A stretch of DNA of 64,000 nucleotides, from assembly GCA_964252035.1 (NCBI GenBank), contig OZ176205.1; one strand, given 5' to 3'. Each line of letters begins with the position of its first letter. The first letter of the stretch is position 1. A program made the translations under genes and the position numbers. The DNA comes from Podarcis erhardii (taxonomy: Eukaryota). Under the pieces are notes generated by a model that ran no database searches, was not told where the DNA came from, and saw nothing but the letters and a program-made list of their open reading frames with translations. This document shows positions 36,094-49,400 of this stretch, piece after piece.

Positions 36094-39000
36094 ACATTGT
36101 AACCTAACATTCTGCCTTTTTGAAGCTTTTTCATAAGGACGGAACTGTAGTATGAAGATGGAGACTGTATGTACAAAATATTTCTAGGCCTGGTTAAAGA
36201 TTGGAAATGAGGGTACTGTGTATTTCTGAGTGATTATTTTGCTCAACATGTTCAAAGTTCACTATTTTGTGAGGAAATCAGTAATAACTATAAAAAAACT
36301 TACAAGCCCAATCTGTAATACAGTATGGTTAAATATCCAAAATTTGGCCGCCTTAAGAAAAAACACTGAGCATGCAGTGATGACTCCTCACAGATACACA
36401 AACTGTCAATTTTAATTGCCATTGGTAAGAAAACACCTGCCTACTGAAAGAGGGGGAAACAAAAAGTTCCTGGTAACCTCCGCCTGTGGGTAGAATATTA
36501 TTGCTTTTAAAGGATGGGTTGCTAGTTTAACACGTGAGATTCAGGAAAATGGATCATGCATTGTTTGCAACTGTACTTCTGGCTGTGACTATCATATACC
36601 TGCCACTAGTAACAGATAAGTGCTGTTACTGATGAAGACAGTGTGCATTTTCCCGTAACCTTGTTTTAGTCAAATTCATAGTTTCTCAGTAATTAGGCCT
36701 AGCAGTTTCAAAGCAAGGCACTTGTCTGTCTGTGACTCAGACATTTCAATATTTCAGTTTGGATCAGATTGGAGAGGAAATTTAATAAGCTTAACAGTTT
36801 TAATTTGATCTAGCATTTTTAGGTGCTAGGTACATTGGTGGCTGTTGGATGGAAAATGGTAATTGGTCTTTGTTGTGTGACATCTTGTCATTTAGTAATG
36901 TTGTTGAAATCATTGGCATGTATGATTATGAAGAGGTTTTGTGCTTTTCTCCTAGAAAGGATGGCTTGCTTTAAGTTTGCAGATATACGTGATTCTGTTA
37001 TTTGCATTGTGTACTTACGCTGAGTGACACGTCCAAAAATATTGGTGAATATGCAATGTGTTTCTGAAGTGCTGTGGTGTGGATGCTTTTTCATTTATTT
37101 TTTAAAAGAATAAATACCAGTGTTCAATTTGTTAATTAAGAACTGCCTATGATAGACTGTAGACCCAACTTCATTGTAGGATTTTCTGTGAGACTTTATG
37201 GAAAGCTGATGAATCAGTTAAAGATTTAAAATATGGATGCTTTCATTAAAAATGTTTGGTGCTAACAGCATGTTGCAAACTATCTTCATACATCTGTTGA
37301 CTCAGGACATGCATTATAGATTGATTTTTAAAATAATCCATGGCAGTTAATTGAAAGTAGTTGTTATATTGATTACAAATACTTGTAGTATCACCTTAAC
37401 AAAGTTACTGTTATATATTAATGCAATCAGGCATAATATAATCAATTGCTTCCATTATGGAATATATATCTGGCAATATTCTGTGGTATGGTTATGTTGC
37501 TATGCTAACAATATAGCCTAGTAAATCTGGTAATGATCACCTTTGTGAGCTTTGACTCTCTCTTTTTAAGGATGCCAGTGGTATTTTCATATATAGGTAA
37601 ACTGCTTTTGGGGGAGTATTTGTGTTTGCAGATCCTTATAAAATGTGTTTTTTTACATCTTAACTTACTTTTTCTGCAGGTGTAATATATCACACTCTTT
37701 TTCAGTTCGTTTGTGTTGTAGAAAATATTTCAATGACGCTGTGTATTTGAGAACGTAGTAACAATTTGCATTACGATCGGACAACCTTCATTGGGGATAA
37801 TGGTTGTAGTTTCTTTCTTTTTTGCGCTGATGTATCCCAGACTCCTTTGTTAAACCTGAACGTTGGCCAAGTTAATAGTGATTGGCTCTTGCAGAGCTGC
37901 AGTAATGGAAACTTGTACTGTATGCGCAACAAGAGCATTTCAGAAGAAAATCTTAAAGGCCCTTTGTCTTCAGATCAACCTGATTTGCTTTAAAAGATTT
38001 ACTGACCTTATAGTTATGCTGCGATAGTTGCCAATAAAAATGTATAAAATAATAGGCAGGTTGATCAATGTATATACAGCTGAGCTGAGGAGCGTCTTCT
38101 ATATCCCCAAAGGTCTTCAAACAGAAAATGTTTCTTTCTACTTAAAAGTTTTGAGAAGTTGCCAATGTTGGCAAGAGGTTCAGACTCCAAAACGTGCTTT
38201 CAGATATTTGCCAAAACCATTGTGGCCTTTTCACTATTATTTCGTGTACTGTTCCAAGATACTTTAATTCTTGATGATTTCTGCAGTATGATGTCCCTTT
38301 CCTTCTTAAATATGTATTTATAATAATTGTGTGGAGGACTCTTTCCCTCCTTCTTCTTTGCCCCCTCCTTGTGCCCGGACATAGTCATTTGCAAGAAAAT
38401 CATGTGCTCAAATCTAAACAATGCTCCTGCTTGCAAAGTAAGTCTGAGCCACAAAAACAAATTATTCTCCTAAGGAAATCATGTAGAAACAGGGATGTAA
38501 AATTTGACAATTATGTGAACTAGCTTGCAAAGATTGAAAGAAAACTGTGAATAAAAGAATTTATGAGCAAAGAGGTGGCTAAAGTACACTGAAATTAAAA
38601 CATTGGTTTCAATTCGGAGTTTTAGCTTTCTTTTTTAAGGCCATCAAAATACAGTAGTGCTACCTTTAACTTTGGATTGCTTTTCCCCTCTTAGTTCTCT
38701 AGCCCATGTATCAAATGACAACTTGGAAACTGTTGTGACAAACAGTATTCTTTGTGGGAGTATAATACCAAAGTAAATTTATGACCAGCCCTTTACCAGA
38801 TGATCTGTATCAGAATCTGCAATATACTTGGCACGTGGCAGGGTCACCATTTAAGTTGTTAGGGTCATAACCTTCGCCACCAGGCATTTGACCTTTGAGA
38901 TAAAGTTAACCTTTGTTCATTAGTAGGCACTCAAGCGAGAACTTCCTTGTTTTTTACTGCAGCAGAGCAACTTCAGCTAACATGATCACATTGTAAAAGG

Positions 39001-39263
39001 GGATTCTAAGCTCAAGCACTGGGTTCTGTGAGAGGTTAAAGATTTCTCTTTGTTTTTTGAGAATATTTTAAATGGACAAAGCTAGCTTGTGTTTTGTCTG
39101 CCACATACAATAGCTGATGTTTTTGACCATTATCTGTTTTAGGCATGGTTTTAACAGCATGAGCCTATGCATGTTTACTCAGAAGTAAGTCCCACAACCT
39201 TACTCTCTAGCAAGTACATGTATATTAAGGTTTGCAGCCTAAACATAGCAAATGCTTTGAAAA

Positions 39264-39265
<2 letters not shown>

Positions 39266-39333
<68 letters not shown>
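39266..39333. repeat. (CT)15...(GT)15 compound microsatellite, intron 2
   Basis: Direct reading. Confidence 0.93.
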
Positions 39334-39335
<2 letters not shown>

Positions 39336-40645
39336 AAAAATGCTGAATTAAAATCTAAAAATCTGACCAAGATATAGTAATTGAATTAGACCTTTTCTTA
39401 TAGATTGTAATGCTATTAAGAACTGAAGCCAAAGGCATGACAAGGCTGATTTTGTTTTGGTAGCTGTGAAAAGGTGTTTAGTTCTGGAGATAAGTGACAG
39501 TGTAATATAAAGAGCACCTTTTTTCATCTATAATAAACCAATATTGTATATTATTTTGGAGGGTGGTGATATTTACCCCATAGCTGGTAAAGAAGCACCA
39601 TGTGAGTTAGTCGGTCATGAAGCATAGTGAGCTACCTTTGCAAAATTTTGGGCACCTTTGTTCTAAATCTGAAAGGTACACTGTATACTTCGAGTACAAT
39701 TGATCATTATTGCAATCATCCTGCAATACAGAACATTTGGTATTTATCAGTAATGTAAAAGCTGTTGTAATAATTCTGAACACTTCAAACAGAGCTGGCA
39801 CAAGATTTTGTAACCCTTGATAGCTTCCTGCAAAAAGTATATATATTCCATATAAAGTATTTCTGATCACACCACATTATTCCATATGACTGTGACAGTG
39901 CATACTTTATTCTAATTACCGTATGTAGCCTTTAAAAAAATGTTCTTTTTAAAAATTCAGTGTTTATTTCATTTAAATCAAAGGAAAATAATGTCGTTTA
40001 GGTATGATGTGCTTTCATTAGTTTGTGACTGCTGTTGTCATTCTTTCATATGACTGTACAGTTATGCATGATTTGCTGATTAACCAGATGGCCATAGTAA
40101 CAGATTGAGAACCTGCTCCCTATTACTAAAAAGCATGTGTAAGATCACAAAGGTTTTGAGTTAGAATGGTATGTGTTGGGTAAAACAAGACTCACTAAAA
40201 AGAATTTCATATTGTATTATAAACCTAATCTATAGTTTTAGTGTAATACTGCACATGTCTACTCAGAAAAAAGTGGTTTAAGTTCAACAAGATTTACACC
40301 CAGATCAACATGTGAAGTTGCAGCCTAGGTGTGCCGACTTCTCAGTATGTAACCCTGTTTCATAGAGAACTTAACTTACACTTCAGCATCAAGTGCATTG
40401 GATCCTCAGTAATGGAACCTTGAATACGTAGCTCTCTTTACCAAGATTCACTGTGTCCCCAGTGGAACTCCTATCTAGCATTCCCTTCATAAACAGCACT
40501 TGCTTTGATGCAATATCTTAGATGCAATATATTAGATGCCTTCTGGGCGGTCAAAACTTCATGAAGCACTGTTGAGCATGTGTAGCTCTGTTCTCTGCAT
40601 AGCTGGAGAGAGTTCCATTTGTGAAATAAGGTTGTGTACCTAGAG

Positions 40646-40768
40646 CAGGTGGGGGAAACCTCCAACCCTTCAGAGGTCATTGAACCATGTGCCACTGGCC
40701 AAGCTTGCTGGGGCTGATGAGAACTGTGGTTCAGCAGCCTCTGTAGTGCCAAAGGTTTCCCACATCTG
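40646..40768. mobile_element. hAT-type MITE
   Basis: caggtgggggaaacct / aggtttcccacatctg; TSD acctagag / accttgag. Confidence 0.78.
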
Positions 40769-43700
40769 ACCTTGAGCACTCTTCATTATTGCAGAAAGTG
40801 CAGCAGCCCTTGGGTGGTATCTGTGTGACACTACACAGCAGCATCAGATCAGGGAGTATAGCAGTGTATATCAGTGCATCAGATTAGGGTGATCAAGTAC
40901 TCGTTGTGCTTGAGTGTGTGCTTAAGCCTCATTGATTTAATCAGGACTGCAGTACGCAATTTTTTTCTGAGTTATTCTGGACTTGTATGCATGTTCCACA
41001 GCATAGGAATATATTGTCCTCAGTACTTAAATGTATTTATTCCTTATATAAAGCTAGCTCCTGTCTGCCTTAGTTAAACTTACACAAAACCAAGATGCTG
41101 AGTCCATGTAGTGTGTTTCTATTGTTGCAAGATGCTCTTTTGCTGTCCCTTGTTCCCTTATTTGTGAGAAGTTCCAGCTTCTTATTTCTTCGTGGGAAAG
41201 GACGTGCAGACCCCAGCCAGCATAGCAGTTCATGAGAGAAGAGAGTTGCATTGATGGTTTGATATGGGAGAATCTTCCCTCAAAAGAAATTTTAAGGGTA
41301 TCTTGTCCCTTCAGAGATTGTTATCTGGCGTATTGAGAACTGGAAACAGCTGTAGGGACAAAACAATAGCAGAGTTGTCCAGTGTCTTAACACTTCAATC
41401 TCTCTTGATTATCATCCTCCCGCCTTCTAAGATCTTTGTGCTGCACTATGCAACTGAGGCGCTTGCATCTAACTCTTCTCCAGTCATACTGCTGAAGCTC
41501 TTTCTGCTGGTGCAAATGATCTTTGGGAGTTACTGTTTTATGATTCACTGAAGCAAGGGATCCCTGTTTTTATAACCCCGCCATGGATTCCAGTGTTCCC
41601 TGTGTCCAGTTGCCAGATCCAGCCCTCGACTTTGATGTGACAGCCAACTATGTCTCCAACCATAACTGGTGAAGAACTTACATTGCACTCTCAGACCCAT
41701 CTGAGAATAACTGCTTTGCAGTACAGTGTAGAAAGGGATCTCTATTCATTGGGACTTTCTGTTTCGGTCAGTGGAGGAGTAGTTTGTATTGCTGGCTTTA
41801 ACAGACTGTGGTTGACAGAAGCAGGATTTAGATGGGGACAACTGCATTCCCCTGCTGCTGTAACTGAGATGGTAAGCATCCATGCTAATTTCAACCCTAA
41901 CGGTAGTGGAACTTATGAGTGTTTGCTATATCATGAACTGCTGGCACGAGTTCAGTCATGTGGCTAAGCTTTCTCCAAAACAGAAACAAATAAAGCAGAG
42001 CAGCATATAGCCTTTTAATGTTTCTTAGAATACTTCCAGGTGTTTTCAGGAAAGAAGTATCGCATGATTTAAATGCTGTTTCCTGTATCCTGAAATAGCA
42101 GATGTACCCAATCAGTAAGAAAAAAGAGCTCCTAGTATAAATGTAAAGAGAAGTATTTGAGTGGAGCCCATGGCATTTATAGCCATGAGGCTAGCTCAAT
42201 AGTATGAAAACTGCCCAATATTGCTGGCCAGGCCTAACTTGTCTTAAGTTACTGTACTTTTTATATTTCCTTTCTTTTCCACCCAGTGATGAATAGCATT
42301 AATTTAAATCTATTTAAGGCAAGTGTGGGAGAAACCACAATCTTTGTTGTGGTCAGTGGTGTACTTAGCAGGGCTGGATGTTTCACTTGATTGAGGCCTG
42401 AAAGCTGACTGTAGAAGACCTAAAACATCATGTCAGCTTTTTCCAAGTATTGCAAAAGAAGCAGTGTACGGTAAATTCAAATATTCTGCAATGTCAATAA
42501 CCATTATTATGATGGCTACTTACTGTCCCTTCAGACCCCTCCAAATTTAAATGTAAAAGACAACAACTGCAACAGCAACAAAAGCAACCTGTGAAAACAG
42601 CCACCTTACAGTTTAAAAGAGCCCATAGTCAAACTAAATCAAATTAAGGTAACCAGCCTATAATCTAAAGCAGTACTTGTGGAGACGTGCTCTCCTTCCT
42701 TCAAGGTCTAGGAGTGAAATGTTCACTATAGCACATCACAAATACCAACTGATTTTAGGGTTTTGGCCAAAGTTTAGGATAATAGTCCTAAACTTTGCCT
42801 TGCCAATGAGTTATTTACTATCCTCAAGGGATTGTTGCTCAGACATGAACTATAACTGAGGCTCCACTGGATGATCAGAAATAGATTTGTGCATTGGCAA
42901 AGGAGAGTAATATCTTGATATTATAAAGCTGTTTCAATAGCTCTGATAGAGATTGAAAGGTAGTACAGTACAGATTTATCAGAGTTTTCCCCAAAGCCAA
43001 TTGTAGCTCAGTGAAGAAGGATCAGGTCTGTGTTCCAAGTCCTGTTCAAGCAAATAACATGCTATGCACGAGGTCTGCAATGCCTCTATTCATCCTGCCC
43101 CAAGCATTGCTATGCAGCAGTCAGCCATTGCTTCAGTTGCAGGGAAAACCTGGTGGTGCAAGGCAAGTTGCTGCTCTTCTGCTGTTCCTGGCACCTTTAA
43201 GTGTGGTCCTGTGAATCGCTGTCAAGCATTGGGCCAGTATTAGGCTATACGGCTACCATCCTTACATCACCCTTTCTAGGATTAATAGTACCTTTCTGGC
43301 AATGAGTAGATGATATTCAATAGTGTCACAGTGGGGCTTGGTAGAGAGTGGTGCCAGAGCCTCACTAACTGTTGTTGTTTACCAATTCTGATGTGAAAAA
43401 TGACAAGGCCGTCTCAGGCTACGGAGATGAATGATGAGAAGGACATGAGCAATGTTTCTTACATTAACGTTAACTGCATGTTATGTCTGCAAAATTGGTG
43501 AAAATTTTTTGAGTGGTTGTAGGTGGACAGTCTTTGGCTAAGGACATGAAGCATTTGCTGCTTAGAGTATATTTTTGGTAGGAAGCCTGGAAATGTATGT
43601 GATGATTAGGAGAGTGGTATTTAATCCCACATACTTAACTTTTTGTTTGTTTCTTTAAGGGTTGAGTAAGTGACAGGAGGTGCTTTATAGTAGTACAACC

Positions 43701-44399
43701 AACAATAATTGGTTGTGCGAAACTGAGACAATATACTGTATTGTAGTGATTGACTAGTAGTTCCACACATTCAGGTGATCAAGGGATAACTCACACCGTG
43801 AGTGCAGTTATCTGTTGTGCCAGTTCTTACTGAGTTGCCAGGGAAAGCTTGGCCAACTGCAGGGAAGAGCTGCAGTGGATAAGGAATTAAACATAGCCAG
43901 CAAATACCGGTAGTCTAGACCTTTACCAGAACCGTCTTCCTTTTTGCTATCAAATTATTAGTTAAATTGTATGAAACTTTATGTAAAATAATTTGTCTAT
44001 CGTGTTTTGTTGAACTATTTAATTGTATGGCTGGGATTAGAGTGGGGTAGTTAGTGTTGGTGGATCACAACTTCCATCATCACTTACCATGGCTATGCTG
44101 GAGGGCACCATGTTAGCTACCCCTGAATTAAAAGGTGCCATCTCTTGTTCTTCCTAACTAGTTGGACCCAGGTGGACAGTGATTGTCATTCTTTTCATTT
44201 GATTGTTGTGAAGGTTCCACAGTTACCCATTTTCTCTTCTATCCTAAATTTGTATTGTGATGTTATCGCTTTATGGATAACATCTGATTCTGCATTTCAT
44301 TTCCCCTCTAATCCTGGGAGCAATGTTCTTTTGCCTTTAACTGGAGGGCTGTTGTTGAAGTAGACAAGCATACTGAAGCAGGCATACTGAAGCAAAGTC

Positions 44400-44875
44400 C
44401 AGACAAGATGGAAGTGATTATGGTGGGTAGCCTGTGTGATCTGGAATAGGTGAGTCTGCCTGTTCTAATGGGATTTCGTTGTCACTAATAAAGAAGGTTA
44501 TAGCCTAGGAGTACTCTTGTATCTGGCTTTCTTCCTAGAAGCACAGGTGGCAATCTTGGACAAAAATGCTTTTTATCAGTTTCATTTGATACTCCAGCTG
44601 TGCCAGTTCCTGTGGAAAGAGGACTGAGCAATAAACATCAATGTCTTTGGAAACTAGAGGATTGAGTATTGCAATATCTTCAGTGACTGTCTTTGTCTGA
44701 GGTTCTCTTCTGGGATGCTCTCACCTTCTGAGAAGCACTGGCTGCTTACTCTTTAGGTCATGGTACTCCATCTGTGGGATGTCCTCCCCAAGGAGGCTTT
44801 CCTCGCACTTAGTATACTATCTTTTCATTGCAGGTGAAACACATTTTTTGTTCCACAGGCTTTTTAGGTCCTTCT
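44400..44875 (+). mobile_element. Old L2 remnant
   Basis: tagcctaggagtactcttg, tgctttttatcagtttcatttgat, gagtattgcaat, ctgtgggatgtcctccccaaggagg, caggtgaaacacattttttg resemble the L2 3' consensus. Confidence 0.55.
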
Positions 44876-44913
44876 AGACCTTTTGAGGCAACGTAAGTTT
44901 AATAGATCTCTCC

Positions 44914-45068
44914 TGGATTAGAGGGTATTGGTTAGTGTGTGGTGCCGATTACACCAAGGACGCAGGTTTGATCTCCGTATGGGACAGCTGCATATTCCTG
45001 CATTGCAGGGGGTTGGACTAGCTGATTCTAAAGGTCCCTTCCAATTCTACAATTCCATGATTCTATGA
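44914..45068 (+). mobile_element. tRNA-Ile-derived SINE with CR1-type tail
   Basis: ttggttagtgtgtggtgccgattacaccaaggacgcaggtttgatctccgta resembles tRNA-Ile; tail gggggttggactag...ggtcccttccaattctacaattccatgattctatga. Confidence 0.8.
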
Positions 45069-45579
45069 TCTGGTATTCTTTGATTTTTAGTTCCCCCTCC
45101 ACTATTTATTTTTAATCAAGAAGTGGTGTTGTTTTCAGCTGTTAGTAAGCTGCTTTGAAGTCAATGGATTTAATAATGATAGACGCTAATAAATGCAGTA
45201 CGAAAATGTGCTCAACATGGGTCTGCCCATGAAGATTGGCATCTCATGTAGATTCATAATATAGTATTGTTTCTTTCTTTATGTAATCTCATTGATGGGA
45301 TCTATAATGTGATCTGCAACACAACATTGCTGTGTATCCTCATCTGCTAAGAGGAGTTCTCCTTTTCAGTATTCCAGATGACCTGAAATCTTGTAGTCTT
45401 CATGTATCGGAATGGGTGGTGTTCTAGGTGTATGTGATAAAGGACCCCCCATCCCCCAAGATCTGCCGGGAAACTCTACACTTGAGCATTTTCTTCCTTT
45501 CAAGGGGAGCATGGTTCTGGGCAGTGGGAACAGGAAATGTCATCCACTTTGCTTTCCTTCCTCCTGAAAGATCCTTGTA

Positions 45580-45820
45580 CAGTGGTACCTCGGGTTACAG
45601 ATGCTTCAGGTAACAGACACTTCAGGTTACAGACTCTGCTAACCCAGAAATATTACCTCGGGTTAAGAACTTTGCTTCAGGATGAGAACAGAAATCATGC
45701 TCAGGCGGCGCGGCAGCAGCAGGAGGCCCCATTAGCTAAAGTGGTGCTTCAGGTTAAGAACAGTTTCAGGTTAAGAACGGACCTCCGGAACAAATTAAGT
45801 TCTTAACCCGAGGTATACTG
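45580..45820 (+). mobile_element. Tigger/pogo-type MITE, family A copy 2
   Basis: TA|cagtggtacctcggg ... ccgaggtatactg (damaged right TIR); near-identical to 5694. Confidence 0.92.
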
Positions 45821-46053
45821 CTGGGAGGAGAGAGTGGTTTTTTTAACCTCATCACATGTACTGTAATCTCTCTTCCAGAATGCACACAAGAAACTGTTAG
45901 GTGTTCAAGGAGTTCAATTCCCCTTCTCCCTATGCACCCCTATTTCTCTCTCGTTTTTGTTTTCAGCTAGCACTCTAACATTCTGTCTCAATTGCTGTCA
46001 GCCATAGGCTAGATTGATAGATCCACACAGCCTGACTTGTAATTCCTTTAGAC

Positions 46054-46158
46054 CAGTCTTCCTCAGCCTAGTGTCATTCCCAGATGTGTTGGATTACCAT
46101 TCAGATCGTACAGTTATGAATTGTGGTCAAAAACATCTAGACGGCTTGTGACAGACTG
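46054..46158. mobile_element. Small hAT MITE
   Basis: cagtc / gactg ends with perfect 8-bp TSD ctttagac (46046-53, 46159-66). Confidence 0.8.
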
Positions 46159-46230
46159 CTTTAGACCACTAGGTCCCTATTAAGCTGTTTTGAGGTTTTT
46201 TAAGAAGTTGCTTTCTCTTAATTTACATTA

Positions 46231-46472
46231 AAGTGGTACCTTTGGTTATGTACTTAATTTGTTCTGGAGGTCCGTACTTAACTTGAAACTGTTCTTAACC
46301 TGAAGCACCACTTTAGCTAATGGGGCCTCCTGCTGCCGCTGCGCCGCCAGAGCACAATTTCTGTTCTTATCCTGAAGCAAAGTTCTTAACCTGAAGCACT
46401 ATTTCTGGGTTAGCGGAGTCTGTAACCTGAAGTGTATGTAACCTGAAGCATATGTAACCTGAGGTACCACTG
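46231..46472 (-). mobile_element. Tigger/pogo-type MITE, family A copy 3 (inverted)
   Basis: TA-flanked; its reverse complement matches copies 1, 2 and 4. Confidence 0.92.
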
Positions 46473-49400
46473 TAATATATATCTTTGCATACCTATGGAA
46501 TGTCTGTATATGTCTGTATATGTAGAAACCACTGCTTCATTTTTTGTTGTGTCAATTTCAGTCAAAATCAGTTGGTACCCAAACTCCTCATTATTGTCAG
46601 AGGGAAGGATTGGGATTGAATCCAAATAACTATGATTGGGTGTAGAAAATGTTTTAGTGTCACTCTTTGAACTTTTGTGTAAGTCAAGATTTCTTATGTA
46701 CAGTGTCACAGTGTGTCAGGGGTTTGATTATGATATGAGAAACACATTGAATAAGAAGCAAAGAAGGTGAAGCATAGACCATAAAAAGGTCTTGAGGTGA
46801 GCTTTCACACTGATAGGCAATATTAATTCTGTATTTACTATAGAATCTATCGCTGTTTCATTGTGTTACCATCAATAATAAACCTTGCCTATATCCAAGG
46901 TCTCTTAAACCTCATTGAAGCCAACGACATTTAAGCAACCTACGTAAATCCAAGAAGGATTGCAGGCCAAGAGTGAAATCCATTGTGCTGTGGAATGTCT
47001 AAGGTTCCAGCGTCCACTAACACAGACAATTTTCTTCAGTTCCCCCTTTTCTCTGTGGCTACCTGCACCTTTGAAAATCTATGCTGGAAGGCAGCATAGG
47101 ACAGGGCTTCAGGTGGAAATGGATAAAATTACTTCCTTTTATCTTACTGCTGTGTGTCTCAACTGGATCAAACACCGTTTTGCAAGTGGAACAACAGCAT
47201 TGCATTCTCCCCCTATAGTTTTTATTATTACAGTTGCCCACTCTAGTTATTTGCACATTGTTCATGTGCACCAATGAAATTTTTCTGATGATTTAGCCCT
47301 ACATAACCAGTCTTTAGAAGGCTCTTTGTAACATCAAACATTATAAAAGTAAATGATTAATATGATAATCTAATAAAAATGGGTATTTTGAAATGCCATC
47401 ATATAATTCTGATCCATAGTGCAAATAAAAGCTTGCATACAGCTGCGTTGTGTTTAAACTAAGGTCTGTAACTTCAACTTTTGATTTTAATTAAACCTGG
47501 AGGGTAAGCAAATGCTCTTCACATAGTTATGTTCAGCTAAAAGTAAAGTTGGCATGATGGACCCACCCCCCATTTTCTGCTTGCTATTACCAGTACTCCA
47601 AGATAAATCTTTTTAATTGCAGTTGTACATAACACATGAGGAACTTTTCAAAAACCCTACCATTTTAGGCATTAATAGAGTTGAGGGATCTGTATTTTCA
47701 TCAAAGATAAATACAAAACTCAATGAATATTAGTGATTTTGTAGGTATTCTTAAAATTTTCATTCTGGGAATAATTGCCTGATACGTTTATGAAGTATAT
47801 TAGTTCCTATGATAAAAGTGGGCTAATGAAGTCAAGGAATTATTTCAAAGTAGTGTGTGTTTGGTGTTACTATCTTCTAACTTTTCAGTAATAATCATCA
47901 AGAAGATGGATTGAGTGAACTAGTGCCACTGACAATAAGCTGAAACGATGTTTGGTTATATGTTCCTTTCCTTGGTAGAATCCTGGCCTGATCCAGAGGT
48001 TGAAGAATATGGATTGCATTCCTAGTTCTCCCATCACTTCTGACCTGGTACTATGGTCCATCCTGCTCACTTCATCCACCATATGCTGTAATTTGAATGA
48101 TCATAGAGTGTATTCATCCCTTATTGTGTGACTTTCTAAACAAATAGAGCCTGCTGTGCAGTTCCCTAATGCACTGTGCTCAGGCATCATTCACCAAGTG
48201 AGTGCTGAGGTAGGCTGAAAAGGACCAGTCAGTACAATCCAGTGACAGGTTGCCTAATAGGTGCCAGATGGGGGCATTTAAAGTGCTGCATCATCAGATT
48301 TGCCCAGTAGACTCCCTTTCCCCCATCCCCAAAGCCATTTGTTTCATGCAACTGATACCTTAGCTTTTCTGAATGAAAGTAAACCTAAAAGGCAACAGTT
48401 GAGATTTAAAAAAATATTTAATTTGTTATCATTTTGGGTTGAAAAAAGTCACCTAGACTATTTAAAAATATACATATATGTGTAATGTTTACTCTGAAAA
48501 TAATCAGCATGTCTTACATGAATATTATGTGACCTGTAGTGCTTTAAAATATAATTGTGGTCATTTAATTATGGTTGAAGAGAGCAGATAGGAGGATATC
48601 CTGCAGAACACATTAGCTATTACTCCAGTATGCTAATCTTGTTAACTTTGCTTTCCAGTTCTTAATTTTCTTTTATATTCTGTATGTATGTTTGTATATA
48701 AAATATTTGGAGAATGATGTCAGAGGTCTGCTATGAAATTTGAAGTGAGGGCAATGATGGTTTGTGAGCTATAGCAGCAAGTGAGGGGTCAATGTGTTCA
48801 GAGGGGCAGGGACTCAGGAGGGGGAAGGCTACAAATGTAACAGTTTTTATTATTTGCATATATGTAATGTACAAAAGAGAAGGGGGAGGGGTTGCCAGGC
48901 TTTATCAAACTGGTCAAAATGCAGCCCACGTATTCTTTTTAAAAGAATATATTTGTGCATACACTCACAATAAATTGTAGAAAGATCACTAGGAGTCAGA
49001 TCTTGAAAGACTGGATTGTCTTGATTAAAGAACAAGTCTTTAAAGACTTTGCATACCCCTACTGGGTGGAAAACAATATACCTTAAAATGGGAAGAAAAT
49101 TGTTACTCCCAAGTGCTTTCATGGTCACATAGCTATGATGACTGAGTTTATGCACGAATGGGTAGCACTTGATTATTGCAGAATCAAGTGATGACTTGCA
49201 TGCGTGAACAATATGATATAATAAATATTTATTGCTTGTAGCCATAGGCCATTGCATGCAATACACATAAAAAGCAAATGTCTACAACACAGACATAAAA
49301 TATGAGTAATTACGTTACCCACTTCTCATTTAACATGCAGACATGTGTGAACAAGCCAACATAGTTCCCCTCTCATGTAGCATAGGAACCACGGTAGCAT

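Noticed and set aside
44368-44394. 14-bp tandem duplication gcatactgaagca(g)
   Set aside because: Ordinary slippage duplication at the edge of an L2 remnant.
44914-44990. tRNA-Ile-like sequence (also tRNA-Ala-like at ~14040 and ~63552)
   Set aside because: Broken stems and boxes, each fused to a retroposon tail: SINE heads, not tRNA genes.
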